Assembly (NCBI GenBank): GCA_038087875.1
Contig: CM075987.1
Location: 22,756,001 to 22,820,000 of the forward strand
Origin: Malacoraja senta
Lineage: Eukaryota
DNA length: 64,000 nt
Direction: 5' to 3'
The position numbers and the translations under genes were made by a program. This document shows positions 24,626-36,790 of the stretch, piece after piece. The notes beneath the pieces were generated by a model. It was not told the origin of the DNA. It saw only the letters and a program-made list of their open reading frames with translations, and did no database searches. Every line of letters begins with the position of its first letter. Position 1 is the first letter of the stretch.

Positions 24626-25375
24626 ATAGAACATCACTCAGGTGGTGGGAAGTTGGCGTCAGGGAGGGACTAACTGGAAAGTGTCCCAGTTACTTGCCCC
24701 AAACCACTCCTGTTACCAGGACAGCATCCTTCCCTTCACCACACTCTCTCAAGCCCACTGAAACACTGCCACTATTACCATGGCAACGGCATGGACGTGT
24801 CGGGCCTAGCTTTTTCCTAACAGTTTTCCCTCAGCAAAAACTAGGTTGCTTGATATTTGTTGTAGGAAAAACATGAATCAGCCCGGAGTAAGCCGCACAT
24901 TTGTTTGCAGGGCCGGTTTACATCAACTTGAATCAGCTTTTTAAACTCTGGCTGCGAGGTTAAAAGGACAATCTCCCACATCCTGTTACTGAAATAGATC
25001 ACTGTACACACAGGAAAAAGGTGGCGGGATCTCACAACCATTTTATTTTTAGGTTAATTCATCCCTTTTATTTCGTGCTGATTTATGATGTTCCTTTCCA
25101 CTTCACTATCAATGAATTTGTTTCCCTCTGTGAGCTTCGACAAAGCTAAGGCAGGCCGGATGGGGTCTGGACTTCATTTACACTCAGTAAGGATGGATGC
25201 AGGCCTTGATTTAGTTTTAATTTAGTTTAGTTTAGAGATACAGCGCGGAAACAGGCCCTTCGGCCCATCGAGTCCGCACCAGCCACCGATCCCCGCACAC
25301 TGACACTATCCTACACATACTAGGGACAATTTTATATTTATACAATTATACCAAGCCAATTAACCTACAAACCTG

Positions 25376-25584
25376 AAGGTACACAAAAATGCTGGAGAAA
25401 CTCAGCGGGTGCAGCAGCATCTATGGAGCGAAGGAAATAGGTAACGTTTCGGGCCGAAACCCTTCTTCAGGCCCGAAACTTTACCTATTTCCTTCGCTCC
25501 ATAGATGCTGCTGCACCCGCTGAGTTTCTCCAGCATTTTTGTGTACCTTCGATTTTCCAGCATCTGCAGTTCCTTCTTTAACAC
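25376..25584. mobile_element. Hairpin-shaped PLE-derived insertion with minus-strand hammerhead core (25443-25470)
   Basis: Inverted arms. The 14-nt duplication aacctacaaacctg lies at 25362-25375 and 25585-25598. It interrupts a SINE. Confidence 0.8.
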
Positions 25585-25913
25585 AACCTACAAACCTGTA
25601 CGTCGTTGTAGTGTGGCAGGAAACCGAAGCACCCGGAGACAACCCACGCAGGTCACGGGGAGAACGTAAACACTTTGTACAGACAGCTCCCGCAGTCAGG
25701 ATCGAACCCGGGTCTCTTTAGCACTGTAAGGCAGCTACACTACTGCTGCGCCACCGTGGCGCTGTTAGGTTGGTTGTGCTGCACAGGTAGGCAAAGGGAT
25801 TTGGGAGAGTAAGAGGGTGAACAGGAGAGAGGGATGGAAATAGAGATGAGGAAGAGTAAAAGGGAACTCTTACGAGTGGCACAGTGATGCAGCTGGTGGA
25901 GCTTCTGCCTCAC

Positions 25914-26236
25914 CGTGTGCGGACGTGGCGACGACGGACAAGAAGCCGAAGCAAAGAACGGAATGGAAACGAGGCCGAAACGACAGTAAACCGAATGAGT
26001 CCGAAGACGAAACTCCTACTAACCGAAAGGATGGGACGCCTAAATACAAACTTTGGGATTTAGTTGTCCCGCCCTTTCGGTTAGTTTGCATTTAGGCGTC
26101 CCATCCTTTCGGTTAGTAGGAGTTTCGTCTTCGGACTCTTTCGGTTTATTGGCGTTTCGGCCTCGTTTCCATTCCGTTCTTTGGCTTTGACTTCTTTGCT
26201 TCGGCTTCTTGTCTGTCGGCACCACGTCCGGGTACC
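25914..26236. mobile_element. Foldback element with 9-bp TSD (MULE-like)
   Basis: Inverted arms of ~130 bp rich in ccgaa/ttcgg subrepeats. TSD ctgcctcac at 25905-25913 and 26237-26245. Confidence 0.75.
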
Positions 26237-26589
26237 CTGCCTCACAGCCCCAGAGAACCGGATTCGATGCTGACATCTGGTGCTCATGTTCATACGTTAA
26301 AGGCGCATTTGGCCCATCAAGAGTTTCGACCCGAAACATCACCTATTGTTTTTCTCACAGGTGAAAGTAACACTGTATTTATTCTGAATATTTTCACAGG
26401 ATCTTTCACATTAGAATGAAGATTATATTGAATGGAGTTTTAGGCCTTGGGATAGAGGATAGACCCCATGTTATTCTGAGCCACAATGGCGGTACAAATC
26501 GCAGAGCAGACACTGACAGCTGATCCATGCACTGCAAACACGGCCTTGCCTCACAGCTTGGTGTGCTATCCCCAGGTCTTGCACATCAC

Positions 26590-26832
26590 TTTTTTTTTTC
26601 AAAATATACTTTATTCGAGAAATAAATATATACAATACATGATCCTTACAAAACTCCATCCGACATTCTTTAAGGCTGTACATACATTCAATACTCCTTA
26701 CACAAATTACACACATTTATCCCCCACCCTTGCCACTCGTGTGGCCCACTGGCTTGGAATCCCTTCCCTTATTTTGAGGGGCGTATCCACCACACCCTGC
26801 CCCCCATGTCCAGCAGCGGAAGGACCCTAGAC
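26590..26832 (-). mobile_element. L1/Tx1-like 3' end
   Basis: Minus-strand aataaa plus poly(A) tail (ttttttttttcaaaatatactttatt on +). Confidence 0.5.
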
Positions 26833-26987
26833 AATGGAGGCCAATGGAGTCTTACTGGTCAGTCTATCACTGACCCAGCAGGTCCTGACACCCAACCCAG
26901 CGGAGCCACCGTGGCTCAGTTAATAGAGCTGCTGCCTCGCAGCTCCAGCAACCCAGGTTCAATCCTGACACCCAGTGCTGACTATGT

Positions 26988-27231
26988 TGTCCCTAGAGAG
27001 GGAACACGTGGTGTCCACGGGGACTGTGGAGGTCTTCTGTGAACGCTGGTCACCGCAGGAGGTTGAATATATTATAGATAAAAATGTTAATATTTTAATT
27101 TGATAGTTTTGTGTAAATGTTTTTTAAATTGTGTGAGCTTTCTACCCTTCCTTGTAAATTGTACATTTGTTTAAAAATCTAATAAAAAAACATTTACAGT
27201 AAAAAAAATTAAAACAAAAGAAGAAAAAAAA
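26988..27231 (+). mobile_element. Tx1-clade LINE 3' end
   Basis: LEREHVVSTGTVEVFCERWSPQEVEYIID, A-rich tail, and a 14-bp TSD agtgctgactatgt (26974-26987 and 27232-27245) inside a SINE. Confidence 0.8.
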
Positions 27232-27291
27232 AGTGCTGACTATGTGGAGTTTGCACGTTCTCCCAGTGGGAGAAAAAGGGTGGGTTTTCCC

Positions 27292-27530
27292 TCTAAAAAA
27301 AATATTACAAGCTAAAATTATTATTAACAATAATATTTACAGTACAAAATAAAAGAAAACAAAACCCACCCCGATAATACATGTCAAACAACCTATACAA
27401 CTAAATTACAATCCTTGTTCAGGAAAACTTCCACCATACGTGTTGCCCAGCGGTCCAGGAAATCCCCCAGGGCGCCCGTGGACAGTGCGTAGTCCCCCTC
27501 GTGCCACCCAGGCGCGGACGTAACCCCGGA
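27292..27530 (-). mobile_element. Second Tx1-clade 3' fragment, opposite strand
   Basis: RGYVRAWV..DYALSTGALGDFLDRWA, flanked by an imperfect gtgggttt(t)ccc duplication. Confidence 0.65.
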
Positions 27531-27769
27531 AGTGGGTTTCCCCTTGGTGTGCTGGTTTCCTTCCACATCTCAAGGGAGTGCAGAATGATAGGTTAATTCA
27601 CTACTGTACCTTGTGTGTGGATGAGTGTTGGCATTTGGGGAGTGTTAATGGGAATATGGGGAGAATTAAATGGGATGGGGGCAAAGTTGTGCACTGAATG
27701 GTTAGTGTGTAATCAGTGGATTGAAAGGGCTGTTTCTGTGCTGTATTTCTCTGGACTCTTGCTACATAA

Positions 27770-27830
27770 CCAGTGAGGGTCCGTGTGTGTGTGTGTGTGT
27801 GTGTGTGTGGGACCTGTACCCCAGTGAGGG

Positions 27831-27864
<34 letters not shown>

Positions 27865-28204
27865 ACCTGTACCCCAGTGAGGGTCAGTGTGTGTATGGGG
27901 CCCGTACCCCAGTGAGGGTCAGTGTATGTATGGGGCCTGTACCCCAGTGAGGGTCAGTGTGTGTGTGTGTGTGTGGGGGACCCGTACCCCAGTGAGGGTC
28001 AGTGTGTGTGTGTGTGTGTGGGACCCGTACCCCAGTGAGGGTCAGTGTGTGAGTGTGGGACCTGTACCCCAGTGAGGGTCAGTGTGTGTGTGGGGGACCT
28101 GTACCCCAGTGAGGGTCAGTGTGTGTGTGGGTGTGTGAGGGACCTGTACCCCAGTGAGGGTCAGTGTGTGTGTTTGTGTGTGGGACCTGTACCCCAGTGA
28201 GGGT

Positions 28205-28246
<42 letters not shown>

Positions 28247-28542
28247 GACCCGTACCCCAGTGAGGGTCCGTGTGTGTGTGTATGTGTGTGTGGGACCTGT
28301 ATCCCAGTGAGGGTCAGTGTGTGTGTGGGTGTGTGAGGGACCTGTACCCCAGTGAGGGTCAGTGTGTGTGTGTGTGTGTGTGTGTGTTTAGGACCCGTAC
28401 CCCAGTGAGGGGCAGTGTGTGTGTGTGTGCAGGACCTGTATCCCAGTGAGGGTCAGTGTGTGTGTGGGTGTGTGGGGGACCTGTACCCCAGTGAGGGGCA
28501 GTGTGTGTGTGTGTGTGTGTGTAGGACCCGTACCCCAGTGAG
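27770..28542 (+). repeat. Minisatellite ccagtgagggtcag(tg)n ggacctgtacc
   Basis: Tandem units with long, variable TG tracts. Confidence 0.97.
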
Positions 28543-29019
28543 TGGAGAAAGGGATTTGGAACCAAGCAGTGAAGGTGATGTTAGACCTGTATACAGAATG
28601 GTTTTCCGCCCCATTGATGTGTTAATAGCACGGTGATGTTAATGACTGGTTAGGATGTAATCGAGTGTGAGAGTGAAAGACAACAGGTAGCTTTGAAGGT
28701 GGAATTTGGGCACCAGGTGTGGGGAACTGTTTAAACGCAGAATAAATGAGGGGATCAAACAAGGTGACAACAACACCCAGCGGTCGGTAGCATCAAACAC
28801 CTCTGAGGTTATAAATCCCAGTGTCAAAAGTAAATTGGAAGGACAGAGGACAAAATAAAACGGCCAGCTGTTTCATCTCAGTTTCCTCTCCAGAGCGCTG
28901 GGGCTCCATGGACTGTGAATTCCTCAGTACCTGCGGATCTGAGCATCGCTCCAATACCCAAGACCGGTCAAAGGTGTAGAAGCTTGGAAGAGCACACCAC
29001 AACACTCGGCATCAGCTTC

Positions 29020-29340
29020 TTAGTTTAGTTTAGTGATACAGCGCGGAAACAGGCCCTTCGGCCCACCGGGTCCGCGCCGCCCGGCGATCCCCGCACATTA
29101 ACACTATCCTACACACACTAGGGACAATTTTTTTTACATTTACCAGCCAATTAACCTACACACCTGCACGTCTTTGGAGTGTGGGAGGAAACCGGAGATC
29201 TCGGACAAAACCCACGCAGGTCACGGGGAGAACATACAAACTCCGTACAGGCAGCACCCGTGGTCGGGATCGAACCCGGGTCTCTGGCGCTGCAAGCACT
29301 GCAAGGCAGCAACTCTACCGCTGCGCCACCGTGACCGCCT
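29020..29340 (-). mobile_element. Well-preserved V-SINE (HE1-like)
   Basis: CpG-rich, intact A/B boxes on the minus strand. Further copies lie near 11580, 14000, 17170, 25210, 38470, 39705, 41320, 45930, 50015, 52825 and 54090. Confidence 0.85.
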
Positions 29341-29926
29341 TCTTCCCCTGTGATATCATTCTTCAGAACGGTCCTTCCATAAGCTACGGTACTTACTGTC
29401 CGAGTCACCTCCACCCCATTGCGGACATTGGACTTTGGAACTCTGGGTCTTTGGAACTGTTGCGCTAAAATGCTGAGAACTATATTCATAATTTCTAGGA
29501 GCAGTTATTAGGCCATTCGGCCCATCAAGTCTACTCCGCCATTCAATCATGGCTGATCTATCTCTCCCTCCCAACTCCATTCTCCTGCCTTCTCCCCATA
29601 ACCTCTGACACCCGCACTAATCAAAAATGTGTCTAGCTCCGCCATAAAAATATCCATTGACTTGGTCTCCACAGCCATCTGTAGCAATGAATTCCACAGA
29701 TGTACCACCCCCTGATTGAAGAAATTCCTTCTCATCTCCTTTCTAAAGGTCCGGCCTTTCATTCTGAGGCTATTCTGCTCTCTGCATATTTCTCTTCCCG
29801 CGAAACCTATTATACTTGATTTTGACTTAATTGTATTTATATTTAATATGTTGATGGCATAGCCTGCAAAACAATGTTTTTCACTGTACTTTGGTAATAC
29901 TAAAGCTTAACCTACACCTGAAGATT

Positions 29927-30284
29927 TTTTTTTTAAAATTATTTATTAGAAGTACATTACATTACAACCACATACATTAGTACTCGTCACTTATGTCTTC
30001 TTACAATTAATGTACTCCATTTGTTTTTTACACTAGTAAAAGGAAAGGATAAGATTGAAAGAAAGAAGAAAGTGAAGGAAAAAGTGAGAGTGTAGAAAAT
30101 GTGACAACAAAAAAGGACGAAGACCCTATAAGAACAAAATTAAAAACAAAAGAAAAAGAGTTAAGAAATAGACCCTAGAAAAGAAGGAGAAAGAGAAAGA
30201 GGAAAAAGAGAGAAACAAATATTTTTTATGAGCATTACGCAAATGGGACATACCAACTCTTCAACTATCATCCCCCCTTACCTG
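29927..30284 (-). mobile_element. L1-like 3' UTR insertion
   Basis: 15-bp TSD ctacacctgaagatt (29912-29926 and 30285-30299), poly(A) on the minus strand, similar to the 18530 element. Confidence 0.7.
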
Positions 30285-31479
30285 CTACACCTGAAGATTA
30301 AGTACCGTGATGCATAGCCCAGTATATTGACTACTTTACCTGAGAACAATCTTAGTGCATTCTATACTGTACCAATGTACCATACATGCCCCCATTCCCC
30401 CACTATCCTCCAGCACTCTGACACTCATTACAATAATCAAACTTAGGAACAAGATTTTTTAATTGTCGTGTGTACAAACAACAGAACAATTACATTTGTA
30501 TAGGAAGGAACTGATGTTATTACTTTCGGCAGCATAACAGGCCCATGAACACAATACACACAAAATAATGAGTCCGGATTTTTTTAATTCAACAATTTTC
30601 TGCAATCCTTGTTCAGACGTGGGTTTAAAATTAAATCCTGACAGTTAGATGTAGTTTTACTATTTTAACAAGAACAACAAATTGCATTTGCTTAGCACCT
30701 TCAACATCGCAAAATAACCCAGCGTCGTTTTTATCAAATAAAAATGAACATCTGCTGTAACCACATGAGATGTTACGGTTGATCTAAAATGACTGGTCAA
30801 AGAGGCAGATTTAAAATCTTTGAACAATCTTTTTCCTTGGGTGGAAATGTCCAATACTAGAGGGCATAGCTGTAAGGTGAGAGGGGTAAGTTGAAAGGAG
30901 ACGTCAGGGTTAAGGCTTTTTTACATAGAGAGTGGTGGGGGCCTGGAACTCACTCGCCCGGGATGGTGGTGGAGGCAGATACAATTGTGCCGTTTAAGAG
31001 GCTACTGGATAGGCACATGGAAGTGCAGGGAATAGAGGGATATAGATGATGTACAGGAGGACAAAGTCAGCATCATAGATGGACACAAAATGCCGGACTA
31101 GCTCAGCGGGACAGGCAGCATCTCTGGAGAAAAGGAATGGGTGACGTTTTGTGTCGAGACCCTTCTTCCGACTGAGAGTCAGGGGAGAGGGAATGGAAGG
31201 GTAAGGCGTGAAAACACAGGTCAAAGGGAACGATGATCAAGGAAAATGTAGAATGGTTCATTGTTGGCTGAGGGGAAGGTGACAACGAGGCATACAATCA
31301 GTAAAATTTAAGCAGGAGGACAGTCAAACTAGTTGGAGAACTAGAATGGGCATCTTGTTCGGCACAAACATTGTGGGCCGAAGGGCCAGTTCCTGTGCTG
31401 TACTGTTCTATGTTTGATCCTTGGTCAAGTGTCGATCAACTTTCTGGTCAAGTGTCGTTTGACTTCCTTCGAGGCACAA

Positions 31480-31880
31480 TACAAATGCAAACTACTGACG
31501 GTGGCGTTGCAGGGTGATTTAGTGACATTAGCATTATTTAGGAAGCGGCATCCTTTCCTCCAATCTGCACATTTTAATGGGAGTTCAAAGAGGTGATGGA
31601 TTCCCACGAGTTCTGGCTCCTGCGGAACAACACAGAAGTACAGAAGCAGAGAGAAACTAAATGGAGTGAAATACAACGATAAATGCATTCAGCGCCGGAG
31701 CAAAGGCCATTGTTCTGCTAATTTTCTATTGTTTCAGCTGTCTTGAATCCACTTCCGATACTCTCATGGGCTGTGTCTCAAATCAACAAATTCTCAGGGA
31801 ATTGTTTATTGATAGTCAAGAAAGGACGTTACAGCTATTTAAAAAAAACCTCTGTGCCAATCCCCATGCCTCCCGGCCTC
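31480..31880. promoter_or_regulatory. Candidate intronic enhancer (CSL, TCF, Sox, E-box motifs)
   Basis: Repeat-free island with TTCCCACG 31601-31608, TTCAAAG 31584-31590, CATTGTT 31708-31714 and CAGCTG 31735-31740. Motif evidence only. Confidence 0.4.
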
Positions 31881-34394
31881 CTTGTTACCTCAAGCTTGCC
31901 CCCAGCAATTCAATAAGTTGTTGAGGTCGTGGCGGATCCATGTTTGTGTAGGTGGTTTAAACCGAAGACAGACCCAAAAGGCTGGAGTAACTCAGTGGGT
32001 CAGGCAGCATCTCTGGAGAAAAGGAATAGGCAACGTTTTGGGTCGAGACGCTTTTTCATGGATGTCTCGACTCGAAACGTCACCTATTCCTTTTCTCCAG
32101 AGATGCTGCCTGACCCACTGAGTTACTACATCAGTGTACATCTGTCTGCGGATTCATGTTTGCTCCCCGCCCCCCCCCCCCACCCCCCACACACACACAC
32201 ACACAAAATTGAATCCGTCTCAGAGCTGCAAGGCTCTATGCATTACATACAAGTCTGTTTTGGGTTTGCTAAATAATGTTTAGAAGCCCTCTTACATCTG
32301 TTCCATCGCCCGCACGCTGTTTTACTATTTGCCTGGTTTGTGGATCTGAAACAGAGCCCTGCCCAGGGAAGATAAACAAAGGCCGTGAATGATGACAAAT
32401 TAAACAACAGCTATGAAAGCAGTCAAGAGTCTCAGAGTGCACTGTCGACGGCAGAGGGGAAATTTAATTAATTTTCAGCCTGTGCCTCTTTCAATCCGAG
32501 GCACGTTTTTTACCGACGGCATAACACAGTGAAATGCCTCCCACGTGGGATTTGGGAATCCTGCTGATTTCAATCGGATACATAAATAACAGCATCCTTT
32601 CCAGAAACAGGCTGGAAACAGGCCTCAGCAGATGGCTCCTGGAGTAGCGGGGCTATGGGGAAGCCACTGGCAGTGAGCAACAGATGGGCAGTAGTGGGGC
32701 ATGTGATAGGCCCAGAGTAACAAGAGCAGTTTGATATTCTGTCTTGTGTGGGGCTTCTTGTCTCAGCGAGACAATGACCCTCCTCGGCTGATAGTCCCTT
32801 CAGCTGCCGACGCCGAACGCTGAACAATCGGGCACAGGATGTGGGCTCACTCCCCCGCCCCCTGCCTTTGTGCTTTGCCAATTAGCCGCTCAGTTGCCCG
32901 ATTTAACAATTGCCATGGCAATCTCTCACATACACACGCATCTCTGGGAATACTGATACACCAGGAACGGAGCGGGGAATGCTCGGTAGTGGACAAGCAA
33001 CAAGTGGGTAGAGAGACAGAGACACACACACTCATGGACACACAGACAACATATACAAAGCTGGTACAAAACACATACTGGTTAGAATGCGACAAAAGAT
33101 TTTCACCGCACCTTGCTGCACGTGACAATACACTCAACTAAACTAACACACACACGCACACGCGCGCACACACACACACACAACCCCACGTGTAAACAGA
33201 CATTGAGAGAGGGTAATTGAGACAGAGTTGTGGGAGAGATGGCATGAAAACAAACAAGGGAGATGGAAGGAGGGAATGAAAGAAAGGAGTAATAGAGAAA
33301 AAGAGAGCAAACAAATGACAAAAGGAAAGCATGCGAGGCAAATGGGGAAAAAGGAGGAATGGAAAGGAAGGCAAAATGAGTTGGGAGATAGAATGATCCA
33401 GGACAATATAGTGATACAAAGAGATGGGGATAGTGAAGGATAGAACAGAGCAACAAAGAGAGGGACTCACATAGAAAGACTGAGAATGAAACAGAGATAC
33501 TGATAGAGACTGAGATAGATATAGACACAAATATACACATACATAGATGAACATAAATATACCTTCATACATAACGCAAAGTTTTCTCTGTAACTAATAG
33601 TGATTATGTATAAATAGGTGAAGGAATGTTGATCCAGAACGGTTTCCACAACTCATGTGGAACTAAGGCAGGGGTCCGAGCTTCGATTGCAGCAAGACTG
33701 GTGTCAGACTAGTAGCTAAACAAGTAACTGGGTCACTTAAAGGGTCGTGCATGAATATACTAAAGATTATACCCAAGTTACTTCATAAATTAAAGCGGGT
33801 TGTTTTCTGAACGATTCTTCAACCATACACGTTTCATCGCAAGTCACATCAAGGACAGGACGGGCACTGCCAAGAACTTCCATTTGTCCAATTCTCCAGC
33901 TTTTAATTGTCCCGTCACTGGCCGCTGTTCTTGGCAATGGCTGAATCGGGAGAATGTAAGAACATAAGATGCAGGAGGAAGCCAATTAGCCTGTCAAGCC
34001 TACTCAGCCACTCAATAAGATTGCGGCTGATCCAAATCGTGGCTTCATCGCCACTTTCCCGCTCTCTCCCCATACTCTCTGACTCTCTTGAAGCTGAAAT
34101 GTGTGTTGCAGAGAAACAGGCCATTTGGTACATTGAGGCTACACTGGCCCTCAAATACTCATTATCACTGAGAGGAATAGATAGGGTAAACGCACAGGCT
34201 TTTGCCCAGAGTATGGGAATCTAGAACCATAGGTTTAAGGTAAGGGGGGGTGGGCGATTTAATTAGGGGTAACTTTTCTTTTTACACAAAGGGTGCTGGG
34301 TGTATGGAATAAGCTGCCAGAGGAGGTAGTTGAGGCTGGTACAATCGCAACATTTAAGAAGCATTTAAACATGTACAGTACATGGATAGGACAT

Positions 34395-34612
34395 GTGGGG
34401 GAAGGAACTGCAGATGCTGGTTTAAATGGAAGATAGACACAAAATGCTGGAGTAACCCAGCGGGACAGGCAGCATCTCTGGAGAGAAGGAATGGGTGACG
34501 TTTTGGGGCGAAGAAGGATCAGTCTGAAGAAGGATCTCGACCCGAAACGTCACCCATTCCTTCTCTCCAGAGATGCTGCCTGTCCCGCTGAGTTACTCCA
34601 GCATTTGTGTCC
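34395..34612. mobile_element. Hairpin PLE-derived insertion with plus-strand hammerhead core (34524-34551)
   Basis: Inverted arms around ctgaagaaggatctcgacccgaaacgtc. Flanks repeat cayggatagga. Confidence 0.75.
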
Positions 34613-36319
34613 ACACGGATAGGATCGTTTTGGAGGGTTATGGTACCAACGCAGGCAAGTGGGACTAGTGTAGATGGGGCATGTTGGTCGGCATGGGCAA
34701 GTTGGGCCGAAGGGCCTGTTCCAACATGGTAAGACTCTATGATATTAATTCCATTTTATTCTCCCCACATTCCCCTCAATCTGTGCCTTGAACATGTCGA
34801 GTGCCTCCAATTCCACAGATCACTGGGTAAAGAATCAAGCTGCTGGGAGAATAATTTCCTCCTCATGTCTGTTTTGGACGAACGACCCATATTCTGAAAC
34901 TATGCAGAAGTTCCAGATACCCTCACTCTTTTCCCTGTCAACACCCCCCCCCCCCCCCCCCAAGACTCAGAATCTTGGGTCAGCTAAGATCACCTCTCAT
35001 TTTTCTAACATCCAATGGTTTAGGTTCAACTTGTGCTCAAACATCAATCCCTTCATCCTGCAAACCCACCTCTGCTTCCCTGCGATGCAACTATATCCCT
35101 CCTCAAATGTGAAGACCAAAACTATGCACACTAATCCAGGTACAATTTCACCAGCACTTTCCTTAAAACTAAACCAAACCAAGTCTCTAAACTAAACGAC
35201 CCTACGCTTACATTCCTCACCTCCTGCAATAAAACCAACATTCCACTAGCCCTTCTACAGTCATTATCTGCCTGCCAAACGGGTTTATGGCTCATGTACT
35301 AAAATATGGCCCTAATCCATTTGTTACACTCGTATCTCAGAGTTAGAAGCTCGTGGGTTTAAATCCCACCGTGGAGATTTCAATACAAAAAAAACCCCTC
35401 TAGTTTTCAAATTCCCCCACTCTCCCAGCCCCTATTTACTGAATCCCATTATCCTTCACTTTTAATCATCGCTTTAAGGTGAGAGGACCCAATTTTAAAG
35501 GGCAATGTGTGTGGGGCAAGTGTTTCAACACAGAGAGTGGTGGGGGCCTGAAACACACTGCCAGGGAGGTGGTGGAGGCAGATACGATAATGGCATTTAA
35601 GGAGCTGTTAGTTAGACTCGTGGATGTGCAGGGAATGAGGGATATGGGTCACATCCAGGCAGAGGAGATCAAATTTAACGGCATCATGTTCGGCCTGGAC
35701 ATTGTGGTCTGGTGGACCTGTTCCTGTACTGTACTGTTCTATGTTCGCTTGCCAGCCCAGGTTTATCCCCGTCCGCCAACCCCCATTCATTTTATATCCC
35801 ACCATGCCATCTCTCTTCAACTCCCAAACTCATCCCCACTCACACATTAGTCTCCAATCCCCAGTCCTCTCCTCACCTGCCCCAATTTCCCACTCTCTCT
35901 GTCCTCACTTCCACAAGTATCCTCGTGCCCTCTCATCCCATCTCCTGGAAATCTCATTCCCCATACCATCATGTAATCCGTGTCTCTTTTCCTCATTCCT
36001 TGGGCACTGTTTTTCCCCTCAGGTCCCTTCGGTCCTCCAAAGCACATTTGAGGTGCTGCCTCTAAAAGCAGCCAGTATCTTCAAAGACCCAAGATAGACA
36101 CAAAGTGCTGGAATAAATAACTCAGCGGGTCAGGCAGCACCTCTGGAGAGAAGGAATAGGTGACGTTTCAGGTCGAGACTGAGAATCGGGAGAGGGAAAC
36201 TAGAGGTATGAAAAAGTACGAAAGAGTTAGCAGCGGGCACCGATGACTCAAGAAATGTGAAGCCCCCAATGGTCCATTGTCGCCTGTGGAAGAGGTGATA
36301 ACGAAGGGATACAAACAGC

Positions 36320-36790
36320 ATTCATTAACAAAAGACCCACACCACTCTGGCCATTGTCTCATTTCACCCCTACCATCGGGAAGGTGGTACAGGGGTCTGA
36401 AAACCGTGACCACCAGGTTCAAGAAGGAACTGCAGATGCTGGAAAACCGAAGGTAGACAAAAAATTCTGGAGAAACTCAGCGGGTGAGGCAGCATCTATG
36501 GAGCGAAGGAAATAGGCAACGTTTCGGGTCGAAACCCTTGGGTTTCGACCCGAAACGTTGCCTGTTTCCTTCGCTCCATAGATGCTGCCTCACCTGCTGT
36601 GTTTCTCCAGCATTTTTGTCTACCACCAGGTTCAAGAACAGTTTCTTCCCAACAACCATCAGACTCCTAAACACTTGTTGCGCTAGTATTGGGGTTATTA
36701 GTTTATTGACTTTTTGTTTATTATCTAGGTGTATTGTGTTTCCAAGCCTGTTATGCTGCTGCAAGAAAGGATATTTTTGCTCATATTTCA
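36320..36790 (+). mobile_element. Rex1/Babar fragment interrupted by PLE hairpin
   Basis: KDPHHSGH...LPSGRWYRGLKTVTTRFKNSFFPTTIRLLN. Confidence 0.8.
36421..36622. mobile_element. Hairpin-shaped PLE-derived insertion inside a Rex1 fragment
   Basis: Near-perfect palindrome centred ~36538. Duplication accaccaggttcaagaa at 36409-36425 and 36622-36638. Confidence 0.8.

Noticed and set aside
27770..28542. CRISPR-like repeat-spacer appearance
   Set aside because: The spacers are only variable (TG)n tracts, the context is eukaryotic, and there are no cas genes.
36421..36622. Hairpins as pre-miRNA genes
   Set aside because: Explained by inverted PLE termini with target duplications; no expression evidence available.
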